From contig CAWJZV010000042.1 of assembly GCA_963847445.1 (NCBI GenBank), positions 162,726-226,725 of the forward strand: 64,000 bases of DNA, read 5' to 3'. Below, piece by piece: positions 43,527 through 54,719 of this stretch. The translations under genes were made by a program, and so were the position numbers. The notes under the pieces are model-generated. The model was given only the letters and a program-made list of their open reading frames with translations. It did not search any database and was not told the DNA's origin. Positions within the stretch are counted from its first letter, which is position 1; each line of letters begins with the position of its first letter. Source of the DNA: an uncultured delta proteobacterium. Its GTDB lineage: Bacteria > Desulfobacterota > Binatia > UBA9968.

Positions 43527-44609
43527 ATGACTTATCTGGCTCGCAGCTCGGTTGCCTACGTCGCTTTCGTAGTATTGTCATGCGCTTGGAACTCAGACGG
43601 CCGCGCCGCGGAGCGCTCCATCGAGCAGCTCTATGCCACCCTGGCGAAACTTCCCGCCGACCAGCGGGAAAAACGCATCGAGGAAGGCGCGCGCAAGGAG
43701 GGCAAGCTCAATTTCGTCCATACCTGGCGCGGCAAGAACGCCCGCGATCACGTCAAGCTGTTCGAGAAGCGCTATCCCTTCGTGAAAGTCGACATGGGCG
43801 ACTTGGGTTCCCAAGACGCCGCCGAGCGTTTCATCGCCGAGGAAAGCGCCGGGCGCCATTTGACCGACATCCTGACGCTCGGCGTTCCCGACATGGCGAT
43901 CATCCTCAAACATAATTTCGTCGCCAAGTTTCCCACGCCGGCAACCAAGAAAATTTTAAAGCAGTATCAAAACTTCATCGATCCGGCGGAGCGCTGGATT
44001 CCCTGGTACTGGGCCGAGCATGGTATTTCCTACAACACCAATTTGATCAAACCGGACAAAGCGCCCAAGACTTGGTTCGATCTGTGCAAGCCGGAGTTTA
44101 AAGGGCAAGTATCCTTCGATCCGTCGGAGACGCGGTTTCTCGCCGGGCTGCACGTCATGATGGGCGAGGAGAAAACTAAGGAGTGGCTCAAGTGCATGGG
44201 ACAGAACCAAATCATTATCCAAACCGGCCACACCCAACGCATGGAGCTGATGCTCACCGGCGACCATGCGGTACAGGGCGACAATTATTTCTACACCGGC
44301 GTCGAAGCCAAGCGCAAAGATCCCAAGGCGCCGTTCGCGATGGTGCTGACGGCGCCGATCCTGTCGTTTGCCGGCGGCATGATCATCAACAAGAACGCTC
44401 TGAACCCCTACGCGTCGGCGCTCTTTGTCGATTGGACGCTGTCGACGGATAGTCAAAACATGATCAATGGAATTTTGCGCGGTCCACTCACGATCAAGCA
44501 CCCGTATCTGCCCGATAACGTCAAGCTGGTGACCTATAACATCGTCAGCGACGATATTACCAAGCGGTTACATGACGCCTGGGGCCAATATATCGGCCGC
44601 ATGAAATAA
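43527..44609 (+). CDS. ABC extracellular solute-binding protein (Fe3+/polyamine/thiamine cluster type)
   Basis: Signal peptide, GARKEGKLN, FEKRYP, ISYNTNL..APKTWFDL, ALFVDWTLS. Confidence 0.8.
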   Translation: MTYLARSSVAYVAFVVLSCAWNSDGRAAERSIEQLYATLAKLPADQREKRIEEGARKEGKLNFVHTWRGKNARDHVKLFEKRYPFVKVDMGDLGSQDAAERFIAEESAGRHLTDILTLGVPDMAIILKHNFVAKFPTPATKKILKQYQNFIDPAERWIPWYWAEHGISYNTNLIKPDKAPKTWFDLCKPEFKGQVSFDPSETRFLAGLHVMMGEEKTKEWLKCMGQNQIIIQTGHTQRMELMLTGDHAVQGDNYFYTGVEAKRKDPKAPFAMVLTAPILSFAGGMIINKNALNPYASALFVDWTLSTDSQNMINGILRGPLTIKHPYLPDNVKLVTYNIVSDDITKRLHDAWGQYIGRMK

Positions 44610-44627
44610 GCTGCCGCTCCTCCTATT

Positions 44628-46373
44628 ATGACCATGAATTCGCCGCGCTCCGGAGCCGGCGTCCGGCTGCCTTTGCCCAGCGGCGGCGGCATCGTGCTGA
44701 TCGGTCTCAGCGTTATCCTGATTTACCAGGTCGCGGTGCCGCTGGCGCTGATTGTTTGGACCAGCCTCAAAACCATTCGCCCCGGCGAGAGCGGGTTTTT
44801 GGATTTCAGTTTTACTTTGGCCAATTACAGCCGCGCCTACGGCATCGGCGAGTTTTGGCAGGCGAGCGTCAATACGCTCTACTTCGCCCTGGCGACGACC
44901 ATTCTGGCATTTATCTGGGGAACCTTTCTCGCCTGGACAGTCGAGCGCACCAACACGCCGCTGGCGCGGCTGATCGGCCTGGTCACGCTCGGCCGGATTA
45001 TTATTCCTGGTGTGATCATCACGGTCTCGTGGATTTTGATGGCGAGCCCGAGCATCGGAATATTGAATCACATCATCGCTGCGCTGACCGGGGTAAGCAG
45101 ATTTCTCAACATCTATTCATTCTGGGGCATGGTCTGGGTGCAGTCGCTGGAAATGACGCCGCTGGCTTATTTGTTAATGTCGGCGGCGTTGCAGTCGATC
45201 GACCCGCGGCTCGAAGAAGCGTCGGCGATCGCCGGCGCCGGCACTTGGCCGACTTTTCGCCGGATCAGCTTGCCGCTGGTCTTGCCCGCGGCCGCGGCGG
45301 CGGCTTTACTGTTGTTTATCCAAACCGTGGAGAGCTTCGAGGTGCCGCTCTTGCTTGGCGGGCGCGCCCGGGTGTCGGTCTACACGACGCAAGTTTACTT
45401 CAACACCTCGCGCATGCCGACGGACTGGGGATTGTCGAGCACCTATTCGATGATGTTGCTGCTGTTGGCGATGGTGTTGCTCTTCGTCTACTTCAGACTC
45501 GTGCGCCACGGCGAGCGTTATCAGACGATTACCGGCAAGGATTACCGGCCGCGCCGCATTGATCTTGGCGGCTGGAAATATCCGGCTTGCGCGCTCTCCC
45601 TGCTGCTGGTTTTTCTCATCACCGGCCTGCCGTTTCTCACCATGCTCTACGCGTCGTTCCTGCCGCGCTTTCAAGCGCCGACTGCCGAAGCCTTCCAGGC
45701 GATGACATGGTCTAACTACGTCAACCTGCTAGCTGACGACGGCTATGCCTTGAAACCGCTGTGGAACAGCACGCTGCTCGGCGTCGGATCGGCGACCGCG
45801 GTGATGCTGCTGGTCGCCGGCATCAGCTATTTCGTGCATAAGACGCGCGTCCGCGGCCGGAAAATTCTCGACTTCCTTGGCTTCGCGCCGATCGCGCTGC
45901 CGAGCGTCGTGCTCGGCTCGGCGTTCATGTGGCTCTATCTGATCATCCCGCTGCCGGTGATCGGCACTCTGAGCATTATAGGCTTGGCTTATCTGACGAG
46001 ATATTTGCCGTTCGCATTGCGCTTCGTTTCCTCCGCCATGGTGCAAATCCACGCCGAACTCGAAGAGGCGGCGGCGGTCGCCGGCGGCGGGTGGTGGAGA
46101 AATTTTTATCACATCTATCTGCCGCTGCTCCGCCCAGGGCTCATGGCGGGATGGTTTTGGGTGATGGTTCACGCCTACCGCGAGCTGACGATTTCACTCA
46201 TGCTGGCGCGTTCGAATAATCGCACCGCCTCGGTGATCATCTTCGACCTGTGGTCGAACGGTTCGTTTCAACAGTTGAGCGCCTTCGGCGTCGTCATGTT
46301 CACGCTGCTGATCGCGCTGGTGGCGGTCGCGCAGAAGATCAGTAGGCGGTATGGCATACAGGAGCAGGTGTGA
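44628..46373 (+). CDS. ABC permease, FbpB-like double-domain; no ATPase gene adjacent
   Basis: Two EAA loops (LEEASAIAGAG, LEEAAAVAGGG); ERTNTP; many TM segments. Confidence 0.88.
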   Translation: MTMNSPRSGAGVRLPLPSGGGIVLIGLSVILIYQVAVPLALIVWTSLKTIRPGESGFLDFSFTLANYSRAYGIGEFWQASVNTLYFALATTILAFIWGTFLAWTVERTNTPLARLIGLVTLGRIIIPGVIITVSWILMASPSIGILNHIIAALTGVSRFLNIYSFWGMVWVQSLEMTPLAYLLMSAALQSIDPRLEEASAIAGAGTWPTFRRISLPLVLPAAAAAALLLFIQTVESFEVPLLLGGRARVSVYTTQVYFNTSRMPTDWGLSSTYSMMLLLLAMVLLFVYFRLVRHGERYQTITGKDYRPRRIDLGGWKYPACALSLLLVFLITGLPFLTMLYASFLPRFQAPTAEAFQAMTWSNYVNLLADDGYALKPLWNSTLLGVGSATAVMLLVAGISYFVHKTRVRGRKILDFLGFAPIALPSVVLGSAFMWLYLIIPLPVIGTLSIIGLAYLTRYLPFALRFVSSAMVQIHAELEEAAAVAGGGWWRNFYHIYLPLLRPGLMAGWFWVMVHAYRELTISLMLARSNNRTASVIIFDLWSNGSFQQLSAFGVVMFTLLIALVAVAQKISRRYGIQEQV

Positions 46374-46432
46374 GGAATCTGTTTGCCGCTGGTCAACTCG
46401 CAGGCCGGCGCTTGGGTTGACTTGCATCGGAC

Positions 46433-46526
46433 CGTAGGTTCGGTTAAGGAGCGCAGCGACAAGCCCAATGTCTTGAGCGTATCAATCGAAGGACGATGGG
46501 TATCGCTTCGCTCCACCCATCCTACG
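46433..46526. repeat. Inverted pair of GTAG-headed REP-like elements
   Basis: cgtaggttcggttaaggagcgcagcgac... and ...gatgggtatcgcttcgctccacccatcctacg. Confidence 0.6.
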
Positions 46527-46531
46527 AAAGA

Positions 46532-47663
46532 TCACTCTGCTTCGTGTTGCTCTCGAAGTCCTGCGGATAAATCGGCGTGCAGCAGCCGGTGAAACAGATG
46601 TTCGCCCGCTTCGCGCCGAACCGATAGGCGCCCGGTATTGTAGGCGCGAGAATTCAGTCCGCGCTGGACCGATTCACAGATCGCGACATCTTCTGCCTGA
46701 ATCTGTTCGCTGACGGCGATGCTGGCTACATTCCTTTCTCGTGCCGATGCGGAAACGTCGGCGAAGTAGTAGTCGAAGATGACTTCGGTCTTGTCGACGC
46801 CGCGCGGGATGACGAGATTGGTGTCCATCACGTCGTCGTAAATGTTGATCATGAAGTTGGGATAGATCCAGAAATAGTTGGCGCGCTCGCCTTTTCGCAC
46901 TGCGGCGGTCTTGGCTTCGCCCTTTTCCGACGCGATGGGACTCGATTGCAGGCAAAAGCGTTCGCCGGTTTCGATTTTGTATTTGCTGTTGTCGAGGACG
47001 CTGCTCAGGCCGCCGTGAATATGCGGCACGTGGTAGCCGCCGTCGAGGTAGTTGTCGACGAAGACTTTCCAGTTGCAATTCAAGAAATAAGAACGGCGCT
47101 CGAACCACGAATACTGTTCAAGGTTCAAGGGTTCAAGGCGTTCAATCAGATCGGTGCCGACGTAATCCGTCAGGTCGGGATCGCCACTCTCTAGTTTAAC
47201 GAACACCCAGCCATGCCATTCGCGCGGTTTGGACCGGGACGAGGCCGTTGGCGCTTCGGTCGAAGTTGGCAACTCCGGCAAATTCCGGTGTGAGGATCAG
47301 CTTGCCTTCGAGGTCATAGGTCCAGCCGTGATATGGACAGCGGAGATTTTCGACTTTGCCTTCGCACTTTGTCACGACCGCCGCAGCGTGGTGGCGACAT
47401 ACATTGAAGAAGCCGCGCAGGACGCTGTCGTTGCCTCTGATGACGAGAATTGCTTCGCCCGCTACTTCCGCCGTGATGTATTGCCCTGGATTGCGAACTT
47501 GATCGGTGCGGCCGGCGATTTGCCACGAACGTGAAAAAACGGTGCGCTGTTCCAACTCAAAAATTCGCGGATCGGTGTACCAGGCGGAGGGAGGGGTGGA
47601 TGCTTCCGCTAGCGGATAGTTGGGATCGTAGTTAGCAATTAATTCTCTAAGGCCGATGTCCAT
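46532..47663 (-). CDS. Rieske non-heme iron oxygenase alpha subunit, choline-monooxygenase-like (indel near 47220)
   Basis: NVCRHH...CPYHGW Rieske ligands; NWKVFVDNYLDGGYHVPHIH; ED..ICESVQRGL. Confidence 0.88.
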
Positions 47664-47733
47664 GTCTTCGGGCGAGGGATCGTGGCTGAGTAGAATCGCT
47701 TTCAAGCTTCCGGCGCAATCCGAAATCAGGCAA

Positions 47734-47973
47734 TTAGCCTGTTTGGGCAAGCGGCCGGACTGACGGGATTACATCAGCGGTGAGAGGCTCTACGGCAGAC
47801 TGAGGAACAGTAATCACCGCAATGGTGTCGCCGACCGCATTGAAAACCTTGAGTGCATAACCGTCCTCACGATCCTTGCCGGGTAAATGTTCGACAATGG
47901 TGGCAACGTCGCCTTTTCGGAGTCCGTGTTCGGGAAGATCGACCCGCAGCGCTATACGATTGAATAGTTCCAT
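47734..47973 (-). CDS. DUF4926-like small protein
   Basis: MELFNRIALRVDLPEHGLRKGDVATIVEH...VFNAVGDTIAVITV. Confidence 0.7.
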   Translation of the reverse strand: MELFNRIALRVDLPEHGLRKGDVATIVEHLPGKDREDGYALKVFNAVGDTIAVITVPQSAVEPLTADVIPSVRPLAQTG

Positions 47974-48099
47974 TTTCCATTCCGCCCGGCTAATGAGCCC
48001 TTTACCTGCGTACATGTCAGCATACGCGGTTCGATCGAGTCAAATTCGCATCTTTACTCTCTCGATCAAGTTGCGCAATCAGAGATCCAAGAATTCTGC

Positions 48100-48315
48100 C
48101 GAACGTCATAAAAATATCGCCCATGAGTCCGAGTAACGCGGCTTCGCTTTCCGCATGCAACAAAACGACTTCGTGATCGATTTTCTTGCGGTTCAGGTCT
48201 AGGTCGATCTCGGGCTCGCAGGTCCATGCGCCTTCGATCGCTTGCCGACTCGGCGAAAACTTTGAAGGTGACTAAACGTACCCTCAGGGCAATCTGTATT
48301 CAATAGGTAGATCAT
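48100..48315 (-). pseudogene. Degenerate small hypothetical gene
   Basis: Frame-broken pieces MIY..EY, LVTF and LDLNRKKIDHEVVLLHAESEAAL..THGRYF look like one disrupted small protein. Confidence 0.35.
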
Positions 48316-49310
48316 CGTCTATCGCCCTTATCGTCCGATTCCGCTGCTTACCAATCTCCCGCCGCGCTTGTTCGGCGAAGCTCCAGTTGCGGACTTTGTC
48401 GAGCGGGACGGGGTCTTTGCTTTTCAGTTCGAGCATCGACTGGTCCACCAGGGTTTGCACGGCGGCGTCGGAGACGACTCCGCCGTCGGACCAACTTCGT
48501 TTGCCGAGTTCGTAACTTCTAGCAGCGACTTCGCGATCGAGCCGCAGCCAGTTCATCAGCATCTGGATGGTTTCTTCGCGATTGGCGCCGGCGAAGGCCA
48601 TGGCGCGGAAGACGGCTCTGATTACGCCATAGACTTGTTTGGGATTTTTCTGAATCGTCTCGTCGCGGACGGCGAGACCGGCGAGCGGTAGCTCTAAGCG
48701 TTCGCCGAACCAGAGGAGATCTTTGTAGCCGGCTTTTTCCGCTTGCAGGTTGTAAGGCAGAGTTAAGATCGTCGCGTCGACGCTGCCGGAAATGAGCGCA
48801 GCGTAGCGCGCCGCGGCTCCGCCCATTTGCAACCGAATGAGATCGCGGTCGGGGTCCAAGCCCTTCTTGCTTGGCGACCGTGCGGAGGGCGAGATCGGCG
48901 GCGGCGCCGAAGCTGCCGATGGCGATGCGTTTGCCTTTGAGATCGCGTACGGTTCTTACGTCTCTCTTGACGGTGAGAAAGTAGTCGGGACGGCCGAGCA
49001 AGACGGCAACCGTTTTGACCGGCAAGCCGGCGCTGGCGGCGTTTATCGCTGAAGTGCTGGGAGTGGCGTATTCGACGCTGCGGGTGAGCAACGCATTGAC
49101 CGCGATATTGGTGCGCATCGTAATCGTCAATACGTCAAAGCCTTCGTCGCGAAAAAATCCTTTGCGCGCGGCGATCTCAAGCGGCAGGGTGCTGAGGCCG
49201 GCACCGGTGGAGGCGATCTTTATTTCTTCGGCTGCGGCAACGATAGATGGCGAAAGTACCAGGACGGAGAAGATTGCGACGATGAAACGCAATGCGGATG
49301 GAGTTTTCAT
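48284..49310 (-). CDS. NMT1/THI5/SsuA-type ABC substrate-binding protein (indel near 48865; end approximate)
   Basis: Signal peptide, IAARKGFFRDEGFDV, DLKGKRIAIGSFG. Confidence 0.82.
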
Positions 49311-49351
49311 CCCGGCATGGGTCGACGCGGTTGGCGAAGTGCGGTTTGCGA

Positions 49352-49702
49352 CTATGCTTCTTTGGCGGTCACATGGGCGCCGCCGAACGCTTCGGAGCGG
49401 TTGCCGACGAGCACCAGCGGTTCGGTGCCGACGTTGGTGATCTGGTAGTAATCCTTGGCGCCGAAAAAAACGATCTCGTTCTTTTCGATGATGCGCTCCT
49501 CGCCTTTGAGCCCTTTGACCGAGGCTTTGCCTTGCAGCACGAGAAAGGTTTCCGGCGACATGTGGAAATGCATGTCGGTGTGTTCGCCGGGGCGGAAATA
49601 AAGAATCCACGAGCGAAATGTCTCCGAACCGAAGAGCGGCATGAAGCGTTTGTCCTGCTCCTTGGCCGTCCGCATGGTGTCGTTGATGTTGGCGAATTCC
49701 AT
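49352..49702 (-). CDS. Cupin domain protein
   Basis: PGEHTDMHFHMSPETFLVLQG; YYQITNVG. Confidence 0.8.
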   Translation of the reverse strand: MEFANINDTMRTAKEQDKRFMPLFGSETFRSWILYFRPGEHTDMHFHMSPETFLVLQGKASVKGLKGEERIIEKNEIVFFGAKDYYQITNVGTEPLVLVGNRSEAFGGAHVTAKEA

Positions 49703-49779
49703 AAATCCTTCGAAGCTTTGCTGTGCTTTACGCGTCCGGTCTAGTCTTCGAATAAGTTGCGCGGACCCTACTAGCTCGC

Positions 49780-50596
49780 TCAGTCCGTCAGATCCAGCAG
49801 CACGCCGTCGGGATCGGCGAGAGCTCTGCTTGCATAGCTTGCAGCCCTCGAGATTTTTCTGGCGCGTCTCGCCTTCGCGGCCGATGGCGATTTTTCTCGG
49901 CGCGGAAGCCGGGGAGGCTGCAGCCAGGGCGTCAAGATCCTTTTTGGTTTGTTCGAGATCGTCGACCTTGAAGCCGAAGTGATCGAGGCCCGCCATGTGG
50001 CCGCGGTACTGGACCATATCCCAGGGACGGATCGCCAGATTCACTTTGCCGTCGGTAAGATAGTAGCTGTTGTCGCCGGACATTCCCTCGACCGGCTGGA
50101 GATCGAAAACCTTCTGATAGAACTCGGCGATGTAAGCCGGGCGTCCGCTGCGGATGCAGACGTGATTGATCCAGCGCGGCTGTTCCCAGCCGAATTCGAC
50201 ATAGCCTTCGCGCACATTGGCCATGCCTTTTTGCGAAAGATCGTATTGGTTGCCGTCGGGATCATGGCCGCGCAAGCCGGCAAATGGCACATGGCCCGGG
50301 CTCTCGGCGAATGTAGATATCGGGGTATGACTGCTTTGAGGCGCTCGCGCACCAGTCTGGACATTTTCGACGGCAAAGCCGAAATGGTCCAGGCCCGATC
50401 TCGAACCGGGTTGGCGCTGCAAGAGGGCGAGGCCGATGACGCCGTCGCTCAAATGGCCGCGGTCCTTGTTGTAGTCGCCTTTTTCATCGGTCATGCCGTT
50501 GGTGATTTTCTTCATGCCGAAGATCGTTTGATAAAACTTCGCTTCGCGATCCCAGTTCTCGGTCATCACGGCGATATGTCGAATGCTGGTAAACAT
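49780..50596 (-). CDS. Two-domain VOC/glyoxalase family protein (indels)
   Basis: SD AGGAGG; IRHIAV..FYQTIFGM, GLDHFGF twice, DPDGN and DPDGV. Confidence 0.82.
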
Positions 50597-50747
50597 GCTC
50601 GTTACCCTCCTTTTGGATTGATTCATCTCAAAGTTGGTCGTTGCTGTCAAATGGATAAAAGCGGGGCTCCCGGCAGTTTTTCCGGCGAATGCGCCTTGAT
50701 TCTAAAAACCGGAAGGATAGAAACGAAGCGATCTCAGGAAAACGCCG

Positions 50748-51622
50748 ATGACCATGCGATCATTCGATTTGCTCCAGCCACGATCCTTGGCCGAAGCCGT
50801 GGAACTGCTTGCAAAAGCATGGCGACGACGCCCGCGTCATCGGCGGCGGCACGACGCTGGTCATCTTGATGAAGCAGCGCGCGCTGCACTATCCGTACTT
50901 GGTCGATTTGCAGACGATCCCGGGACTGAATCATATCACGCAGAGAGCACGACGGCATACGCATCGGCGCTCTGGCGACCCATCGCATGGTCGAGCTGTC
51001 GCCGGTCATTCGTCAAGCGGTTCCCGTCGTCGCCGAGGCGTTCAGCCATATCGGCAACGTGCGCGTGCGCCAGACGGCGTCGGTCGGCGGCAATCTCGCC
51101 CATGCCGATTATCGCTTGGACCCGCCGCCATCGTTGTTGGTTCTTGACGCTCAGGTCTCGGTCTTCGGCCCCAACGGCGCGCGCACGATTCCACTCAAGC
51201 AATTTTTCCGCGGCATGTATGACACCGCGCTCGATCCGGGCGATATTCTCACCGAAGTATTCATTCCCCAGCCGCCGGTGAATAGCAGGGCGGTCTACCT
51301 GCGTTACAGCGCATTGTCGGCCAACGATTGGCCATGTTTGGGCGTGGCGGCGTTCATGCGGAAAGATAACGGTCGCTGCCAGGAGCTCCGTCTCGCGCTC
51401 GGCGGCGTGGCGGCTACGCCGCTGTTGATCTCCGGATTGGAATTCGCCAACGACCAGTTGGTCGACACCGGCCTGGTTGATCGGATTCTGGCTGCGGTTG
51501 ACGAGCAGATCTCGCCGTCTTCCGATATGCGGGGCTCGGATTGGTACAAGCGCCGCATGGCTCGGCTGTTTACTCAAAGGGCGATTGACGCAGTTGAACG
51601 GATAGACCCATGGCAAATTTAG
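50748..51622 (+). CDS. Xanthine-dehydrogenase-family FAD subunit (CoxM-like; indels)
   Basis: IGGGTTL, IGNVRVRQTASVGGNL, SDMRGSDWYKR. Confidence 0.88.
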
Positions 51623-53953
51623 CAGTGGTCGGACAATCGGTATATCGCAAGGACGCTAACCCGAAGGTCACGGGACGGGCTTTGTACGTCGGCAATATCG
51701 ATATGCCGGGTATGCTCCATGTCGCCGTATTGCGCAGTCCGTATCCCCACGCGCGCATCTCGCGCATCGACAAATCCAAGGCCGAGGCGTTGAGCGGCGT
51801 GGCGCTGGTAGTCACGGGCGCCGAGATCGCCAAGATGCCGGGGATCGATCCCCACTTCGGGCCGGCGTTTCGCGACCAGCCGATTCTCGCCGTGGAAAAG
51901 GTCTGTCATGTCGGCGATCCGGTGGTCGCAGTGGCGGCGGTCGATAAGCGCACGGCCGAGGATGCGCTTGCAGCTTGGTTGAGATTGACTACGATCCGTT
52001 GCCGGCGGTTTTCAATGTGCTCGATGCCGTCACAGAACAATCGGCGCTGGTCCATGAAGTGCATCGGCCGGCCAAAGCGTTCGCTGATCTGGCTCATGTC
52101 CAAGCCGGCCAAAAATCCAATATCTGTTATCAGTTTAAACTACGCTTGGGCGATGTCGACAAGGCGTTCGCTGAAGCCGACCGGGTGTTCGAAGATCAGT
52201 TCACTTCGCCGCCGGCGCAGCATGTGCCGATGGAGCCGCATGTCACGCTGGTCTATCTCGACGAGCATGAACGGCTAAACATCTGGACCGCCAGCCAGTC
52301 GCCGTCCTACGTGCGCACGGAAGTGTCGGCGACCTTCGGCATCCCGATGCACCGGATTCGCGTGCGCGTGCCCTATCTCGGCGGCGGTTACGGCGCAAAG
52401 CTTTACGCTAAGCTGGAACCGCTGGTGACGCTTCTGGCGCTGATCACAAGAAAACCGGTGCGTTACGCGTTGACGCGGGAAGAGGAGTTTCTAACGTCAC
52501 CAAGCATGGAGTGGTGACCAAGATCAAAACGGCGATCAAGAACGGCGCGATCACGGCGCGCAAGTGCGAAGTCTATTGGGACACCGGCGCCTATGCCGAG
52601 ATCGGCCCGCGCATCGGTCATAAATCGGGGTACACTTCCGCCGGGCCGTACAAGATCCCAAACGTGTGGATCGACTCTTATTGTGTGTACACCAACAAGG
52701 TTCCCGCCGGCGCCTTTCGCGGTTTCGGCGTGCCGCAGGTTATCTGGGCGTACGATTCGCAGACGGACATGATCGCGCGCGCCCTCGGTGTCGACCCCGT
52801 CGAATTTCGGCTCCGGCCGATGCTTGACGAAGGCGAGGCGTTTGCCACCGGCACGTTGGTAAAGTCCTTCGGCATTAGACAGGCGACCCTTCAAGCGGCC
52901 CAAGCCATCGAATGGTCGAAACCGCGCGCGGCCCAATCCGGCACCAAGTTTCGCGGCAAAGGCATCGCCGCGGGTGTCAAAGCGGTGCTCACGCCGTCGA
53001 TTTCGGGCGCTATCGTGATTCTCAACGCCGACGGCACGGCCAATGTCTTGAGCAGCACGGTGGAAATGGGCCAAGGGTCGGAGACGACCATGAGTCAGAT
53101 CGTCGCCGAGGAGTTGGGCATCACCGCCGACGAAGTCCATATCGTTCAGCCCGACACCGATGTCACGCCTTACGATACCATCACCGCCGGCAGCCGTTCG
53201 ACTTACCATATGGGCAACGCGGTGCGGATGGCTGCCGCCAAGGTCAAGGCGGCACTCTGCGACGTGGTCGCGTCAAAGCTTGAGGTCGATCCCGACGATC
53301 TGGCTGCGGGCAAGGGGCGCATTTACGTCCGCGGCCTGGAAGAGCGCGGCATGACCATCGGGCAAATTTTTTTGGCCAAGTTTGGCAGCCTTGGCACCAC
53401 ATTGGCGGCCGAAGCGGTTTGCCAGCCGAGCGCGGCCCATATGGATCCCGAAACCGGCCAATCTGAGAAGTGCACGGAGTACTGGTTCCCGTCGGCGACC
53501 GCTGCCGAGGTCGAGGTTGACACCGAGACCGGGCAGGTAAAAGTGCTTCAACTGGTGAGCGTCGGCGACACTGGGACGTCGATCAACCCGCGCCATTGCG
53601 AGCAGCAACTGCAAGGAGCTGCGCTCATGCACCTGGGGCTCACCATGTTCGAGGAGATGATTTTCGAAGACGGACAGCTGATCAATGGTTCACTGCTCGA
53701 TTACCAAATCGCGTCGATCAAAGATATGCCGGAAGTGGTCCGTCCGGTGGTAATTGAGGTGCCTCATGAGGACGGGCCGTTCGGCGCCAAAGGGGCCGGT
53801 GAGACCGGTGCCCTAACGGTAGCGCCGGCTATCGCCAACGCGATCGACGACGCCGTCGGTGTGCGCATTCGCGATTTGCCGATCACAGCGGAACGGGTGT
53901 TACGAGCGTTGGTCGAGAAAAACGACTCAAGTGGCGCGGGGTTAAGTTCATGA
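51610..53953 (+). CDS. Xanthine-dehydrogenase-family molybdopterin subunit (indels)
   Basis: KVTGRALY, LRSPYPHA, QHVPMEPH, GGGYGAK, AFRGFG, EMGQG, TAGSR, GAKGAGE. Confidence 0.9.
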
Positions 53954-54432
53954 AACGCGAGATTCACTGACGACTCAACCAGCGGGATGAGCGCATTGCC
54001 ATCGACGACGCCGACACGCTGCTCGAAGTCTTGCGCGAGCGCTTTAAGTTGTGGAGCGTGCGCGAAGGCTGCGGCGTCGGCGCCTGTGGCACTTGCACGG
54101 TGTTGCTTGACGGCAAGCCGGTGAGCTCGTGTCTGCTGCTTGCTGCGCGTGCCGCCGGCTGCGACATTCTCACGGTCGAAGGCTTGAGCGAAGGTGAGTC
54201 GCTGCATCCGATTCAGCAAGCTTGGGTCGAAGAGCGCGCCTTGCAGTGCGCCTACTGCACGCCGGGTTTTGTGCTCTCGGTCAAAGCTCTGCTCGACGAG
54301 AACGCCGATCCGAGCGATGACGAGATTCGCGAATACCTCGCCGGCAATCTCTGCCGCTGCGCCGGCTATGCCGATATCCTGCGCGCGGTCCATGCGGCGC
54401 GGGTGAAGCTTAAAGCTACAGTCAATCGCTGA
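53950..54432 (+). CDS. 2Fe-2S subunit (CoxS-like; indel near 53980)
   Basis: GCGVGACGTCTV..SC, QCAYCTPG, GNLCRCAGY. Confidence 0.92.
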
Positions 54433-54650
54433 TCAGTCATCCACTCCCGCTCGCTGCAATTCCACAATTTGAACATTTCTGTCGTTATGGGGGTCTGAAG
54501 GCAACTTACGACATTTTTGTGCCGCTGCAGAGTAATTTGTCCGTTGCGCTGCTATCGATTTGCCCTGGGTCAAAGTCACCGACGTTTAAGTCGTTAACAA
54601 AGTTAAACAATTTCTAGTGGTGGGAGCTACTCAGCAAGCTTTAGCGTCGC

Positions 54651-54665
54651 TGGCACGCAATGTGC
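54651..54665 (+). promoter_or_regulatory. Probable sigma-54 promoter
   Basis: TGGCACGCAATGTGC with GG-N10-GC spacing, 54 nt before ATG 54720. Confidence 0.6.
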
Positions 54666-54719
54666 TGATTGACCCGAGTGAGGCTGAAGACTTAAACGAA
54701 GAATGTAGACGGCTAACCT

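Noticed and set aside
49352-50650. 432-aa VOC-cupin fusion in the ORF track
   Set aside because: An indel near 49820 bypasses the VOC stop (DPDGVLLDLTD* at 49780); the cupin has its own ATG at 49702
51610-53953. Aerobic CO dehydrogenase (coxL form I)
   Set aside because: Active-site loop is AFRGFG, not AYxCSFR; gene order is M-L-S and no cox accessory genes are present
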